From the NCBI GenBank assembly GCA_044223005.1, contig JBGAML010000006.1, forward strand, positions 128,001-192,000: DNA of 64,000 nt, given 5' to 3'. Position 1 is the stretch's first letter; every line of letters starts with the position of its first letter. Below the pieces are notes generated by a model. It was given only the letters and a program-made list of their open reading frames with translations. It had not been told where the DNA came from and did no database searches. The position numbers and the translations under genes were made by a program. This document shows, piece after piece, positions 9,053 through 20,005 of the stretch. The stretch comes from Candidatus Eiseniibacteriota bacterium. Lineage in GTDB: Bacteria > Eisenbacteria > RBG-16-71-46.

Positions 9053-9805
9053 TTGCTGCAGGTCGTTTGCATCAAGCAGGTTCCCGACACCGAGACGCGC
9101 GTCAAGGTGGCCGGGGACGGACGCACGCTGGACCCGGCGGGCGTGACGTGGGTGATGAATCCCTACGACGAGTTCGCCGTCGAAGCGGCGCTCCAGCTGA
9201 AGGAGAAGGCCGGCGCGGGCGAGGTCGTCGCGGTGGCCCTGGGTGGCGCGGGCGTGCAGACGACGCTGCGCACGGCGCTCGCCATGGGCGCGGACCGCGC
9301 GATCCACTTGAAGAGCGACACCGCGCAGCCGGACGGGCTCGCGGTCGCGAAGGCGATCGCCGCGGCCGTGAAGCCGCTCGCGCCCTCGCTCGTCTGGCTC
9401 GGCAAGTCGGCCGCGGACGACGACGCGGCGCAGGTCGGGCCGATGCTGGCGACGCTGCTCGGGCTGCCGTGCGTGACGGTGGCGGCCTCGTTCGAGCTCG
9501 CCGGCGAGACGGCGAAGGTCGAGCGCGAGATCGAAGGCGGGCGCGAGGTGGTCGAGCTGCCGCTGCCCTGCGTGATCACCGCGGACAAGGGCCTCAACTC
9601 GCCGCGCTACGCCTCGCTCAAGGGCATCATGGCGGCGAAGAAGAAGACGATCGAGGAAGTGGCGGCCGACCTGGGCTCGCCCAACCTCGAGCTGGTCTCG
9701 CTCGAACTGCCCCCGGCGCGTGCCGCGGGCCGCATCGTCGGTGAGGGCGCGGCGGCCGTGCCCGAGCTCGTTCGCGCCCTGCGCGACGAAGCCAAGGTCA
9801 TCTGA
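9053..9805 (+). CDS. etfB: Electron transfer flavoprotein beta subunit
   Basis: VCIKQVPD, MNPYDEFAVE, ALAMGAD and PRYASLKGIMAAKKK motifs; TTG start after GGAGG. Confidence 0.97.
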   Translation: MLQVVCIKQVPDTETRVKVAGDGRTLDPAGVTWVMNPYDEFAVEAALQLKEKAGAGEVVAVALGGAGVQTTLRTALAMGADRAIHLKSDTAQPDGLAVAKAIAAAVKPLAPSLVWLGKSAADDDAAQVGPMLATLLGLPCVTVAASFELAGETAKVEREIEGGREVVELPLPCVITADKGLNSPRYASLKGIMAAKKKTIEEVAADLGSPNLELVSLELPPARAAGRIVGEGAAAVPELVRALRDEAKVI

Positions 9806-9817
9806 GGGGGCGCGCAC

Positions 9818-10786
9818 ATGAGCATCCTGGTCTTCATCGAGCAGCGCGAGGGGCAGGTTCGCCCCGTGTCGCGCGAAGCGCTGGGCGAAGCGACGCGGCT
9901 GGCCGCGACGCTGGGCGGCCCGGTGGTGGGAGTGTGCTGCGCGCCGTCCGATCCGGGCCTCGCGGCGATGGGCGAAGCCGGCGCGGACAAGGTCCTGCTC
10001 GCGACGCACGAGGCGTTCGCGCACTACGACGCGGCCGGTGCCGCGGCGGCGGTGGCCGCGGCCGTGAAGGCGGTCGGCCCGGCGGCGGTGCTGTTCCCGG
10101 CCTCCGCGATGGGCAAGGACCTCGCGCCGCGCGTCGCGGCGCTCTGCGGCGTGGGCCTCGCGTCCGACTGCACCGCGCTCGCCGCGGACGGCGGCAAGCT
10201 GGTCGCGACGCGGCCGGTTTACGCGGGCAAGGCGTTGCAGAAGGTGGCGTTCACGGCCGCGCCGGCCATGGTGTCGCTGCGGCCCAAGATGTTCGCCGCC
10301 GCCGCGCCGCAGGCCGGCAAGTCTGCGGCGGTCGAGCCGCTCGCGTTCACGTGGGACGCCTCGGCGCCGCGCGCGAAGGTGACGGGCATCGCCGGCGCCA
10401 AGGGCGGCAAGGCGGACGTCACCGAGGCCGAGATCGTGGTCTCGGGTGGCCGCGGCATGAAGGGCCCCGAGCACTTCGCGCTGCTCGAGGAACTCGCGGA
10501 CGTGCTCGGCGCGAGTGTGGGCGCCTCGCGCGCCGTCGTCGACGCCGGTTGGCGGCCGCACGGCGAGCAGGTGGGGCAGACCGGCAAGGTCGTCGCACCC
10601 AAGCTCTACGTCGCGGTCGGCATCAGCGGTGCGATCCAGCACCTGGCCGGCATGACGTCGTCGCGCTGCATCGTCGCGATCAACAAGGACCCGGACGCCC
10701 CGATCTTCAAGGTCTCCGACTACGGCATCGTCGGCGACCTGTTCGAGGTGGTTCCGGCACTGACGGCGGCACTGAAGTCGAGGTGA
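9818..10786 (+). CDS. etfA: Electron transfer flavoprotein alpha subunit
   Basis: [31 protein letters not shown] and INKD..APIF motifs. Confidence 0.97.
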   Translation: MSILVFIEQREGQVRPVSREALGEATRLAATLGGPVVGVCCAPSDPGLAAMGEAGADKVLLATHEAFAHYDAAGAAAAVAAAVKAVGPAAVLFPASAMGKDLAPRVAALCGVGLASDCTALAADGGKLVATRPVYAGKALQKVAFTAAPAMVSLRPKMFAAAAPQAGKSAAVEPLAFTWDASAPRAKVTGIAGAKGGKADVTEAEIVVSGGRGMKGPEHFALLEELADVLGASVGASRAVVDAGWRPHGEQVGQTGKVVAPKLYVAVGISGAIQHLAGMTSSRCIVAINKDPDAPIFKVSDYGIVGDLFEVVPALTAALKSR

Positions 10787-10795
10787 CAAACGACA

Positions 10796-10837
10796 TGGGG
10801 ACCGTCGCTTGACGGTCCCCACGGCTCCACCTAGGGT
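10796..10837 (+). promoter_or_regulatory. Inverted repeat overlapping a putative sigma70 promoter for nuo
   Basis: TGGGGACCGTC-gctt-GACGGTCCCCA hairpin (10796-10821); TTGACG (10809-14), 17 nt spacer, TAGGGT (10832-37). Confidence 0.5.
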
Positions 10838-10888
10838 GCGGGGTTGGGCGCATGGAGCGCCTTCCCTCGTAACGGAAACGGGTCTCGC

Positions 10889-11242
10889 ATGCTCGCGTAC
10901 TTGCCCCTGTTGCTGTTCGTGATCGTCGGGCTCGGGTTCGGCGCGGTGACGATCGGGTTGTCGACGTTCATCGTCCCCCGGCGCACGAATCCGGTGAAGT
11001 CCTCGGCCTACGAGTGCGGCGTGGAACCCGTCGGCAACGCCCGCGGCCGCTTCTCGGTGAAGTTCTACCTCGTGGCCGTGCTCTTCATCCTCTTCGACAT
11101 CGAAGCGGTGTTCCTCTACCCGTGGGCCGTGTCGTTCAAGATGCTCGGCCTGTACGGGCTGATCGAGATGATCCTGTTCATCGCGATCCTGCTCGCCGGC
11201 TACGTCTACCTGCTCCAGAAGCGGGCGCTCGAATGGGATTGA
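10889..11242 (+). CDS. nuoA: NADH-quinone oxidoreductase subunit A
   Basis: [30 protein letters not shown]. Confidence 0.97.
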   Translation: MLAYLPLLLFVIVGLGFGAVTIGLSTFIVPRRTNPVKSSAYECGVEPVGNARGRFSVKFYLVAVLFILFDIEAVFLYPWAVSFKMLGLYGLIEMILFIAILLAGYVYLLQKRALEWD

Positions 11243-11294
11243 GCGTGCCCGCGCTGCGGCAGATCCCGTCCTCCCGAGGCCGAGAGGTGTCCCG

Positions 11295-11909
11295 ATGACC
11301 GATTCGCGCGATCCGCAGGGCTTCCGCACGCTCGCGAAGCCCGCCCCGGCCGACTCCGCCCTCGTCATGCCGAAGTCCGAGGCGGAGAGCCTGGAGGAAG
11401 AGGTCCAGCGCGGCGTGATCTTCACCACGGTCGAGTCCATGGTGAACTGGGCCGTCAACAACGCGCGCGCCAACAGCATCTGGCCGATGAGCTTCGGCCT
11501 CGCGTGCTGCGCGATCGAGATGATGGCGATCGCCGGCCCGCGCTTCGACATCTCGCGCTTCGGCGCCGAGGTGTACCGCGGCTCCCCGCGCCAGGCCGAC
11601 CTCATGATCGTGGCCGGCCGCGTGTCCATCAAGATGGCGCCGGTCGTGCGCCAGCTCTACGAGCAGATGACCGACCCCAAGTGGGTCATCTCGATGGGCG
11701 CCTGCGCGTCGTGCGGCGGCGTGTTCAACAACTACGCGATCCTCCAGGGCGTGGATCGGGTCGTGCCGGTGGACGTCTACGTGCCCGGCTGCCCGCCGCG
11801 TCCCGAAGGCCTCATCTACGGCATCATGAAGCTGCAGGAGAAGATCCTCGCCTCGAAGCCGGAGCTGGGGCCGTTCCCGCGCAAGCGCAAAGCGAAGGGA
11901 GCCGCCTGA
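11295..11909 (+). CDS. nuoB: NADH-quinone oxidoreductase subunit B
   Basis: [31 protein letters not shown]. Confidence 0.98.
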   Translation: MTDSRDPQGFRTLAKPAPADSALVMPKSEAESLEEEVQRGVIFTTVESMVNWAVNNARANSIWPMSFGLACCAIEMMAIAGPRFDISRFGAEVYRGSPRQADLMIVAGRVSIKMAPVVRQLYEQMTDPKWVISMGACASCGGVFNNYAILQGVDRVVPVDVYVPGCPPRPEGLIYGIMKLQEKILASKPELGPFPRKRKAKGAA

Positions 11910-12472
11910 TGGCGCTCAATCCCGAACGGGTCGAGGAGCGGCTGCGCGAGCGCTTCCCGGGCGTGGCGTTCGAACGCCAGGTCGGCGAAGCGGTGCGCGA
12001 CTACACGCTCTATGTCCCGGCCGAATCGCTCGTCGAGGTCTGCACGTTCCTGCGCGACGACGCCGAGCTGCGGTTCGCGATGCTGCCGTGGATGGGTGGC
12101 GCCGACTACCTGCCGCGCGTGCCGCGCTACGAGACGATCTACAACCTGCTCTCGCTCGAGCACGCGACGCGCTTCACGCTGAAGGTGCGCATCGGCGACG
12201 AGAACCCGCGCGTGCCCTCGGTCGTGTCCGTGTGGCCGACCGCCAACTGGCACGAGCGCGAGACGTACGACTTCTACGGCATCGAGTTCACCGGCCATCC
12301 GGACCTGACGCGCATCCTGCTGCCCGAGGACTGGCAGGGCTGGCCGCTGCGCAAGGACTCGCCGCTCGGCTACGAGGAAGTGGCGTTCACGCACAACACG
12401 CCCGGGCGCACGGTGCCGAACCCGGCGCTCAAGAAGCTGGCCCCGAAGAAGGTCAAGTACCGTGCGCAATGA
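11909..12472 (+). CDS. nuoC: NADH-quinone oxidoreductase subunit C
   Basis: ANWHERETYDFYGIEF.GHPDL.RILLP..W.G.PLRKD; TGATG overlap with nuoB. Confidence 0.97.
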   Translation: MALNPERVEERLRERFPGVAFERQVGEAVRDYTLYVPAESLVEVCTFLRDDAELRFAMLPWMGGADYLPRVPRYETIYNLLSLEHATRFTLKVRIGDENPRVPSVVSVWPTANWHERETYDFYGIEFTGHPDLTRILLPEDWQGWPLRKDSPLGYEEVAFTHNTPGRTVPNPALKKLAPKKVKYRAQ

Positions 12473-13643
12473 GACCCTGACGCTGAACATGGGGCCGCAG
12501 CACCCGTCGACGCACGGCGTGCTCCGCGTGGCCCTCGAGCTGGACGGCGAGACGATCGTCCGCTGCAAGCCCGTCATCGGCTACCTGCACACGGGCATGG
12601 AGAAGCAGGCCGAGTACAAGACGTACACGCAGTCCATCCCGCAGACCGACCGGATGGACTACATCTCGCCGCTCTCCAACAACCTCGCGTTCTGCCTCGG
12701 CGTCGAGAAGCTGCTCGGAATCGAGCCGCCCGCGCGCGTGCAGGCGATCCGCGTCCTGCTCACCGAACTGACCCGTATCTCCTCGCACGCGGTCTGGATG
12801 GGCACGCACGCCATCGACCTCGGGGCGCTGACCGTGTTCTGGTACACGTTCCGCGAGCGCGAGAAGATCCTCAGCATCTACGAGCAGGTGAGCGGCGCGC
12901 GCATGACGGCGTCGTACTTCCGCGTCGGCGGCCTGGCCATGGACATCCCGGACGGCCTGCTCGAGCGCTGCGAGAAGTTCGTCGACGAGATGCCGGCGCA
13001 CATCGACGAGTACGAGAGCCTGCTCACGAAGAACCCGATCTGGCTCGCGCGCACGCAGGGCGTCGCGAAGGTCTCCGCGGCCGACGCGATCGCGTGGGGG
13101 CTCACGGGCCCGGTGCTGCGCGGCTCGGGCGTGAACTACGACCTGCGCAAGAACGAGCCGTACTCGGGCTACGAGACGTACGACTTCGACGTCCCGACGG
13201 GCAAGAACGGCGACGCGTACGACCGCTACCAGGTCCGCGTCCAGGAGATGCGCGAGTCGACGAAGATCGCGAAGCAGGCGATCGCGCGCATCCGCGAGCT
13301 GGGCGAGAAGGGCCCGTACCGCGTCCGCGACTTCAAGTACGTGCTGCCCGAGAAGTCGGAGGTCAAGACCTCGATGGAGGCCCTGATCCACCACTTCAAG
13401 ATCGTGGCGCACGGCTTCTTCCCGCCGGCCGGCGAGGCCTATGCGGCGGTCGAGGCGCCCAAGGGCGAGCTCGGCTTCTACTTCGTCAGCGACGGTACCG
13501 CGCGCCCGTGGCGCATGAAGGTGCGCTCGCCCTCGTTCATCAACCTGCAGGGTCTGCCGCTCATGACCGAAGGCGGACTGATCGCCGACGTGATCGCGGC
13601 GATCGGCAGCATCGACATCGTGCTCGGTGAGGTGGATCGATGA
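12462..13643 (+). CDS. nuoD: NADH-quinone oxidoreductase subunit D
   Basis: NMGPQHPSTHGVLR, GYLH.G.EK, EAPKGELG, GEVDR C-terminus. Confidence 0.98.
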   Translation: MRNETLTLNMGPQHPSTHGVLRVALELDGETIVRCKPVIGYLHTGMEKQAEYKTYTQSIPQTDRMDYISPLSNNLAFCLGVEKLLGIEPPARVQAIRVLLTELTRISSHAVWMGTHAIDLGALTVFWYTFREREKILSIYEQVSGARMTASYFRVGGLAMDIPDGLLERCEKFVDEMPAHIDEYESLLTKNPIWLARTQGVAKVSAADAIAWGLTGPVLRGSGVNYDLRKNEPYSGYETYDFDVPTGKNGDAYDRYQVRVQEMRESTKIAKQAIARIRELGEKGPYRVRDFKYVLPEKSEVKTSMEALIHHFKIVAHGFFPPAGEAYAAVEAPKGELGFYFVSDGTARPWRMKVRSPSFINLQGLPLMTEGGLIADVIAAIGSIDIVLGEVDR

Positions 13644-14149
13644 GCCACACCCCCGTGATGCCGATCGACGCCCCGTCGATCCCCGACTGGCCGCAGGACC
13701 TGAAGGCCGAGGTGGCCGAAGCGATCTCGCACTACCCGGTGAAGCGATCGGCCGTGCTGCCGCTGCTCTGGATCGCGCAGCGCCGCTGGGGCTGGCTGCC
13801 GCCGGACGCGATGCGCCTCGTGGCGCGCACGCTCGAGCTCGACGAACCGTTCGTGTTCGGCGTCGCGACGTTCTACACCATGTTCAACCTGAAGCCCGTC
13901 GGCCGGCATCATCTTCAAGTCTGCATGACGCTGTCGTGCTCGCTGATGGGTTCCGACCGGCTCTTCAAGCACCTCGAGAAGAAGCTCGGGGTCGGTCACG
14001 GCGAGACGACGCCCGACGGCCGCTTCACGCTGCGCCGGGTCGAGTGCCTCGCGGCCTGCGGCGGCGGCCCGTGCATGCAGGTCAACCTCGACTATCACGA
14101 GAACCTCGACGAGGCGAAGGTGGACGCCCTCCTGGAGAAGCTCAAGTGA
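13640..14149 (+). CDS. nuoE: NADH-quinone oxidoreductase subunit E
   Basis: ATFYTMF; CMTLSC...ECLAAC 2Fe-2S ligands. Confidence 0.97.
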   Translation: MSHTPVMPIDAPSIPDWPQDLKAEVAEAISHYPVKRSAVLPLLWIAQRRWGWLPPDAMRLVARTLELDEPFVFGVATFYTMFNLKPVGRHHLQVCMTLSCSLMGSDRLFKHLEKKLGVGHGETTPDGRFTLRRVECLAACGGGPCMQVNLDYHENLDEAKVDALLEKLK

Positions 14150-15453
14150 GCCGCGGCCCGCTGCTGTTCAAGGACATCGACACGCCCGGCCTGGCGACGC
14201 TGGACGTCTACCGGAAGCAGGGTGGCTACGCGACGCTCGCCGAGACGATCGGCAAGAAGCAGCCCGACGAAGTCATCGAGATCGTGAAGGCCTCCGGCCT
14301 GCGCGGCCGTGGCGGTGCCGGGTTCCCGGCCGGCCTCAAGTGGAGCTTCGTGCCCAAGAACTCGCCGAAGCCCAAGTACATCGTCTGCAACGCCGACGAG
14401 TCGGAGCCGGGCACGTTCAAGGACCGCGAGCTGATGGAGCTGAACCCGCACCTGCTGATCGAGGGCATGATCCTCGCCGGCTACGCGATCGGCTCGCACG
14501 CGGGCTACATCTACTTCCGCGGCGAGTTCGCGTACGTGCAGGCCATCGTCGACAAGGCGATCGCCGAGGCGCGCGCCGCCGGACTGCTCGGCGACGACGT
14601 CGCGGGCACCGGCTACGCGTTCCAGCTGCACACGCACCTCGGCGCGGGCGCCTACATCTGCGGCGAGGAGACGGCGCTGCTCAGCTCGCTCGAGGGCTTC
14701 CGCGGCCAGCCGCGCCTCAAGCCGCCGTTCCCCGCGGTCGAAGGCCTCTACGCCTGCCCGACCGTCGTGAACAACGTCGAGACGATCATGAACGTGCCGC
14801 ACATCGTGAAGAACGGCGGCGCGTGGTACCGGCAGTGGGGCACCGAGAAGAGCGCGGGCACCAAGGTGCTCAGCGTCTCCGGACCCGTGAAGCGCCCGGG
14901 CAACTACGAGATCGCACTCGGCATGCCGCTGCGCGAGCTGATCGAGTCGCCGAAGTACTGCGGCGGCATGCGCGACGGGATGAAGGTGAAGGGCGTGATC
15001 CCCGGCGGCTCGTCGGTGCCGATCCTGCCCGCATCGCTGCTCGACACGGGCCTCGACTACGAGTCGATGAACGCGGCCGGCACGTTCCTGGGTTCGGGCG
15101 CGGTGATCGTGATCGACGACCAGACCTGCGTGGTGGACTCGCTGTGGAACCTGATCCGGTTCTACGCGCACGAGTCGTGCGGCAAGTGCACGCCGTGCCG
15201 CGAGGGCACCTACTGGATGACCGAGATTCTCGAGCGGCTCGAGCGCGGCGAAGGCCGCGAGCGCGACATCGACCTGCTCGGCGACATCGCGGACAACATC
15301 CTCGGGAAGTCGTTCTGCGCGCTCGGCGACGCGGCCGCGATGCCGGTGCAGGGCATGCTCAAGCACTTCCGCGAGGAGTTCGAGTACCACGTCACGCACA
15401 AGCGCTGCAAAGTGAACCGCCGCCGGCAGGCGGGGATGGAGGTGCCGGCGTGA
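14146..15453 (+). CDS. nuoF: NADH-quinone oxidoreductase subunit F
   Basis: GLRGRGGAGFP.G.KW, NADESEPGTFKD, GAGAYICGEETAL, ESCGKCTPCREG. Confidence 0.98.
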   Translation: MSRGPLLFKDIDTPGLATLDVYRKQGGYATLAETIGKKQPDEVIEIVKASGLRGRGGAGFPAGLKWSFVPKNSPKPKYIVCNADESEPGTFKDRELMELNPHLLIEGMILAGYAIGSHAGYIYFRGEFAYVQAIVDKAIAEARAAGLLGDDVAGTGYAFQLHTHLGAGAYICGEETALLSSLEGFRGQPRLKPPFPAVEGLYACPTVVNNVETIMNVPHIVKNGGAWYRQWGTEKSAGTKVLSVSGPVKRPGNYEIALGMPLRELIESPKYCGGMRDGMKVKGVIPGGSSVPILPASLLDTGLDYESMNAAGTFLGSGAVIVIDDQTCVVDSLWNLIRFYAHESCGKCTPCREGTYWMTEILERLERGEGRERDIDLLGDIADNILGKSFCALGDAAAMPVQGMLKHFREEFEYHVTHKRCKVNRRRQAGMEVPA

Positions 15454-18128
15454 GCGATCTCGTTCGAGTCACGATCGACGACCGCGTCGTCGAGGTGCCC
15501 AAGGGCACGCTGATCACCGAGGCGGCGCGCGCCGCCGAGATCCACGTCCCGGTCTTCTGCTCGCACGACAAGCTGCAGCCGCTCGGCGCGTGCCGCATCT
15601 GCGTCGTCGAGGTCGGCACGCCGAAGCTGGGTCCGGACCGCAAGCCGGTCGTCGGACCCGACGGACGGCCCGAGATCGCGTGGATGCCCAAGGTGCAGAC
15701 GGGCTGCACCACGCCGGTCAGCGACGGCATGGTCGTGCGCACGCAGTCCGCGGCCGCGACCAAGGCGCGCAAGGGCGTGATGGAGTTCCTGCTCGTGAAC
15801 CACCCGCTCGACTGCCCCGTCTGCGACGAGGGCGGCGAGTGCCAGCTGCAGGACCTCGCGTTCTCGTTCGGCCAGGACTTCTCGCGGATGGACGAGGCCA
15901 AGCGCACGTTCGATTCCGAAGACCTCGGGCCCATCGTCAAGAAGGAAGCGAACCGCTGCATCGTCTGCCTGCGCTGCGTGCGCTACTGCGACGAGGTCAT
16001 GGGTGAGGACGCGCTCACGGCCCACCAGCGCGGCGTGCACACCGAGATCTCGTCGTTCGACCGCCAGCCGCTCGCGTGCGAGCAGTGCGGCAACTGCGTC
16101 GAGGTCTGCCCGGTCGGCGCGCTGACGGCGCTGCCGTACCGGTTCAAGGCGCGGCCATGGGACCTGCGCCAGCACATCAGCATCTGCCCGTGGTGCAGCA
16201 ACGGCTGCTCGGTCCGCCTCGGCGTGCGCGGCATGGAGATCCTGCGTGCGCGCGGCACCGAGTTCCGCGGCGTGAACCAGGAGTTCCTCTGCGCACGCGG
16301 CCGCTTCGGCTACGACTGGGTGAACGCGCCGGAGCGGCTGACCTCGCCGCTGGTGCGTCAGGGCGGTGCGCTGCAGCCCGCCTCGCTCGACGCGGCGATC
16401 GCCGAGGTGTCGTCGCGCCTGCGCGACATCGCGGCCACGCACGGGGCGCAGTCGATCGCGTTCCTCGGCGGCGAGCGGCTCAACGTCGAGGAGCAGTACC
16501 TGTTCGGCAAGCTCGCCCGCGCCGTCGTGGGCACGCCCCACGTGGACGCGCGCACGCGCGCGACCTCGCGCACGACCGCTGCGGCGATCCTGCGCGCCAC
16601 CGGTGGCGGCCGGCCCTCGCTGACGTTCGACGAGCTGGTCGAGGCGCAGGAAGTGCTCGTGCTGTTCGACGACCTGCAGGGCGAGTCGCCGTTCGCACAG
16701 GCGTGCGTGATCCGCGGCCAGCACCAGAAGGGGCTGCACGTCACGGTCGCGCACCCGCGCCGCGTCAAGCTCGCGCGCGCGAAGTTCAAGGGTGACTGGC
16801 TGGGCGCGAAGCCCGGCAGCGAGCTCGCGCTGCTGCACGGCCTCACGCGTGCGGCGCTCGACCTGGGCGAACCCGCGGGCCTGCCCGCGGAGATCGCGTG
16901 GAACCTGCCGGCGCTCAAGGCCGGCCTCGCGGAGTGGACGCTGCAGCGCGCCGAAACCGAGACCGGCGTGCCCGCGGCGGTCATGACCGCCGCGGTGAAG
17001 CGACTGCGCGACGCGCAGCGGCGCGCGGTGCTCTTCGGCCGCGGCGTCGTGGAGCATCCGCAGGCGGCGGCGCTGCTGCAGGCGATCGAGAACTTCGCGT
17101 GGCTCTCCGGCGCGATCACGGGCGAGAAGTCGTCCGTCATGTTCGCCGGCGGCCAGAGCAACTCGCAGGGCGCGCTCGACATGGGCCTCGCGCCCGACTG
17201 CCTGCCCGGCTACGTGCCGGTGGCGGATGCCGACGGCCGCGGCGCGTACGAGAAGGCGTGGGGGCGCGACCTCGATCGCGAGCCCGGCCTGTCGGCGCCC
17301 GAGGTGCTCGAGGCCGCGGCCGCCGGCAAGATCAAGGCGCTCTGGATCGTCGGCGACGACTGGCTCGCCAGCGCACCGGATCGCGCGAAGGCCGAGGCGG
17401 CGCTCGCGAAGCTCGACCTCGTGGTCGTGAACGAGCTCTTCCTCACGCCGACCGCGCAGCAGGCGCACGTCGTGTTCCCGGTGGCCGCGTTCGCCGAGAA
17501 GGACGGCGCCGTGACCAACTGCGAGCGCCGGATCCAGAAGGCGACCCGCGCCATCTCGCCGCGCCGCGGCACGCGCGCGGACTGGGAGATCTTCCAGATG
17601 GTCGGCCAGGCGATGGGCGCCGAGTGGCGCTACCGCACGGCCGAGGACGTGTTCCGAGAGATCGCCCGCGTCGTGCCCGGCTACCAGGGCACGAGCTGGG
17701 CGGCGCTGATGCCGGACGGCCTGCAGTGGACCGGCACGCGTCTCGCGGGTTCGCTCGCGCACGCCTCCGGAACGAGCGGCGCCGCGGGTGACGGCCTGTG
17801 GCTGCTGGCCGGCGGCACGCTGTTCGCGCAGGGCACGCTCTCGGCGCGTTCGGCGACGTTGTCCGGGCTCGCGAAGGCGCCGCACGCGTTCGTCGCCCCG
17901 GCCGAGGCCTCGCGCCTCGGGCTGGCCGCGGGCGATCGCGTGTCGCTCGACGGGCCCGCGGGTTCGCTGGTGCTGCCGCTCGAAATCGACGATTCCGTGC
18001 CGCCGCAGGCGGTGTTCGTGCCGTACGCGCTCGCGGGTCGCGGGCTCGGCCGGCTCGGCGCACCGCAGGGAGCGGGGCTCAAGGTGAAGGTTCGCAAGGT
18101 GGCCGCGACCGAAACGGTCGGGGCGTAG
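15450..18128 (+). CDS. nuoG: NADH-quinone oxidoreductase subunit G
   Basis: FC.H..L...GACRIC, HPLDCPVCDEGGEC, CIVCLRCVRYC, CEQCGNCVEVCP, CPWCSNGC; molybdopterin-oxidoreductase-like C-terminal half. Confidence 0.95.
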   Translation: MSDLVRVTIDDRVVEVPKGTLITEAARAAEIHVPVFCSHDKLQPLGACRICVVEVGTPKLGPDRKPVVGPDGRPEIAWMPKVQTGCTTPVSDGMVVRTQSAAATKARKGVMEFLLVNHPLDCPVCDEGGECQLQDLAFSFGQDFSRMDEAKRTFDSEDLGPIVKKEANRCIVCLRCVRYCDEVMGEDALTAHQRGVHTEISSFDRQPLACEQCGNCVEVCPVGALTALPYRFKARPWDLRQHISICPWCSNGCSVRLGVRGMEILRARGTEFRGVNQEFLCARGRFGYDWVNAPERLTSPLVRQGGALQPASLDAAIAEVSSRLRDIAATHGAQSIAFLGGERLNVEEQYLFGKLARAVVGTPHVDARTRATSRTTAAAILRATGGGRPSLTFDELVEAQEVLVLFDDLQGESPFAQACVIRGQHQKGLHVTVAHPRRVKLARAKFKGDWLGAKPGSELALLHGLTRAALDLGEPAGLPAEIAWNLPALKAGLAEWTLQRAETETGVPAAVMTAAVKRLRDAQRRAVLFGRGVVEHPQAAALLQAIENFAWLSGAITGEKSSVMFAGGQSNSQGALDMGLAPDCLPGYVPVADADGRGAYEKAWGRDLDREPGLSAPEVLEAAAAGKIKALWIVGDDWLASAPDRAKAEAALAKLDLVVVNELFLTPTAQQAHVVFPVAAFAEKDGAVTNCERRIQKATRAISPRRGTRADWEIFQMVGQAMGAEWRYRTAEDVFREIARVVPGYQGTSWAALMPDGLQWTGTRLAGSLAHASGTSGAAGDGLWLLAGGTLFAQGTLSARSATLSGLAKAPHAFVAPAEASRLGLAAGDRVSLDGPAGSLVLPLEIDDSVPPQAVFVPYALAGRGLGRLGAPQGAGLKVKVRKVAATETVGA

Positions 18129-18137
18129 GGAGCAGGG

Positions 18138-19695
<1,558 letters not shown>

Positions 19696-19699
<4 letters not shown>

Positions 19700-19998
19700 T
19701 CCCGATCAGCTGGAGCCTGGCGCTCAGCGCCGTGCTGTTCACCATCGGCGTGGCCGGCGTGCTGGTGCGCCGCAACGCGCTCGTCATCTTCATGTCGATC
19801 GAGATCATGCTGAACGCGGCGAACCTCGCGTTCGTGGCGTTCGCGCAGCAGATGCATTCGCTCGACGGGCAGATCTTCGTCTTCTTCGTCATGACCGTGG
19901 CCGCCGCCGAGGTGGCCGTCGGGCTCGCCATCATCGTCAACGTCTTCCGTCTCCGCGAGACGGTCTTCGTCGACGAGATCAATCTCCTGAAGGGCTAG
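19696..19998 (+). CDS. nuoK: NADH-quinone oxidoreductase subunit K
   Basis: RRN....[21 protein letters not shown]. Confidence 0.97.
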
Positions 19999-20005
19999 GA
20001 CGGCC

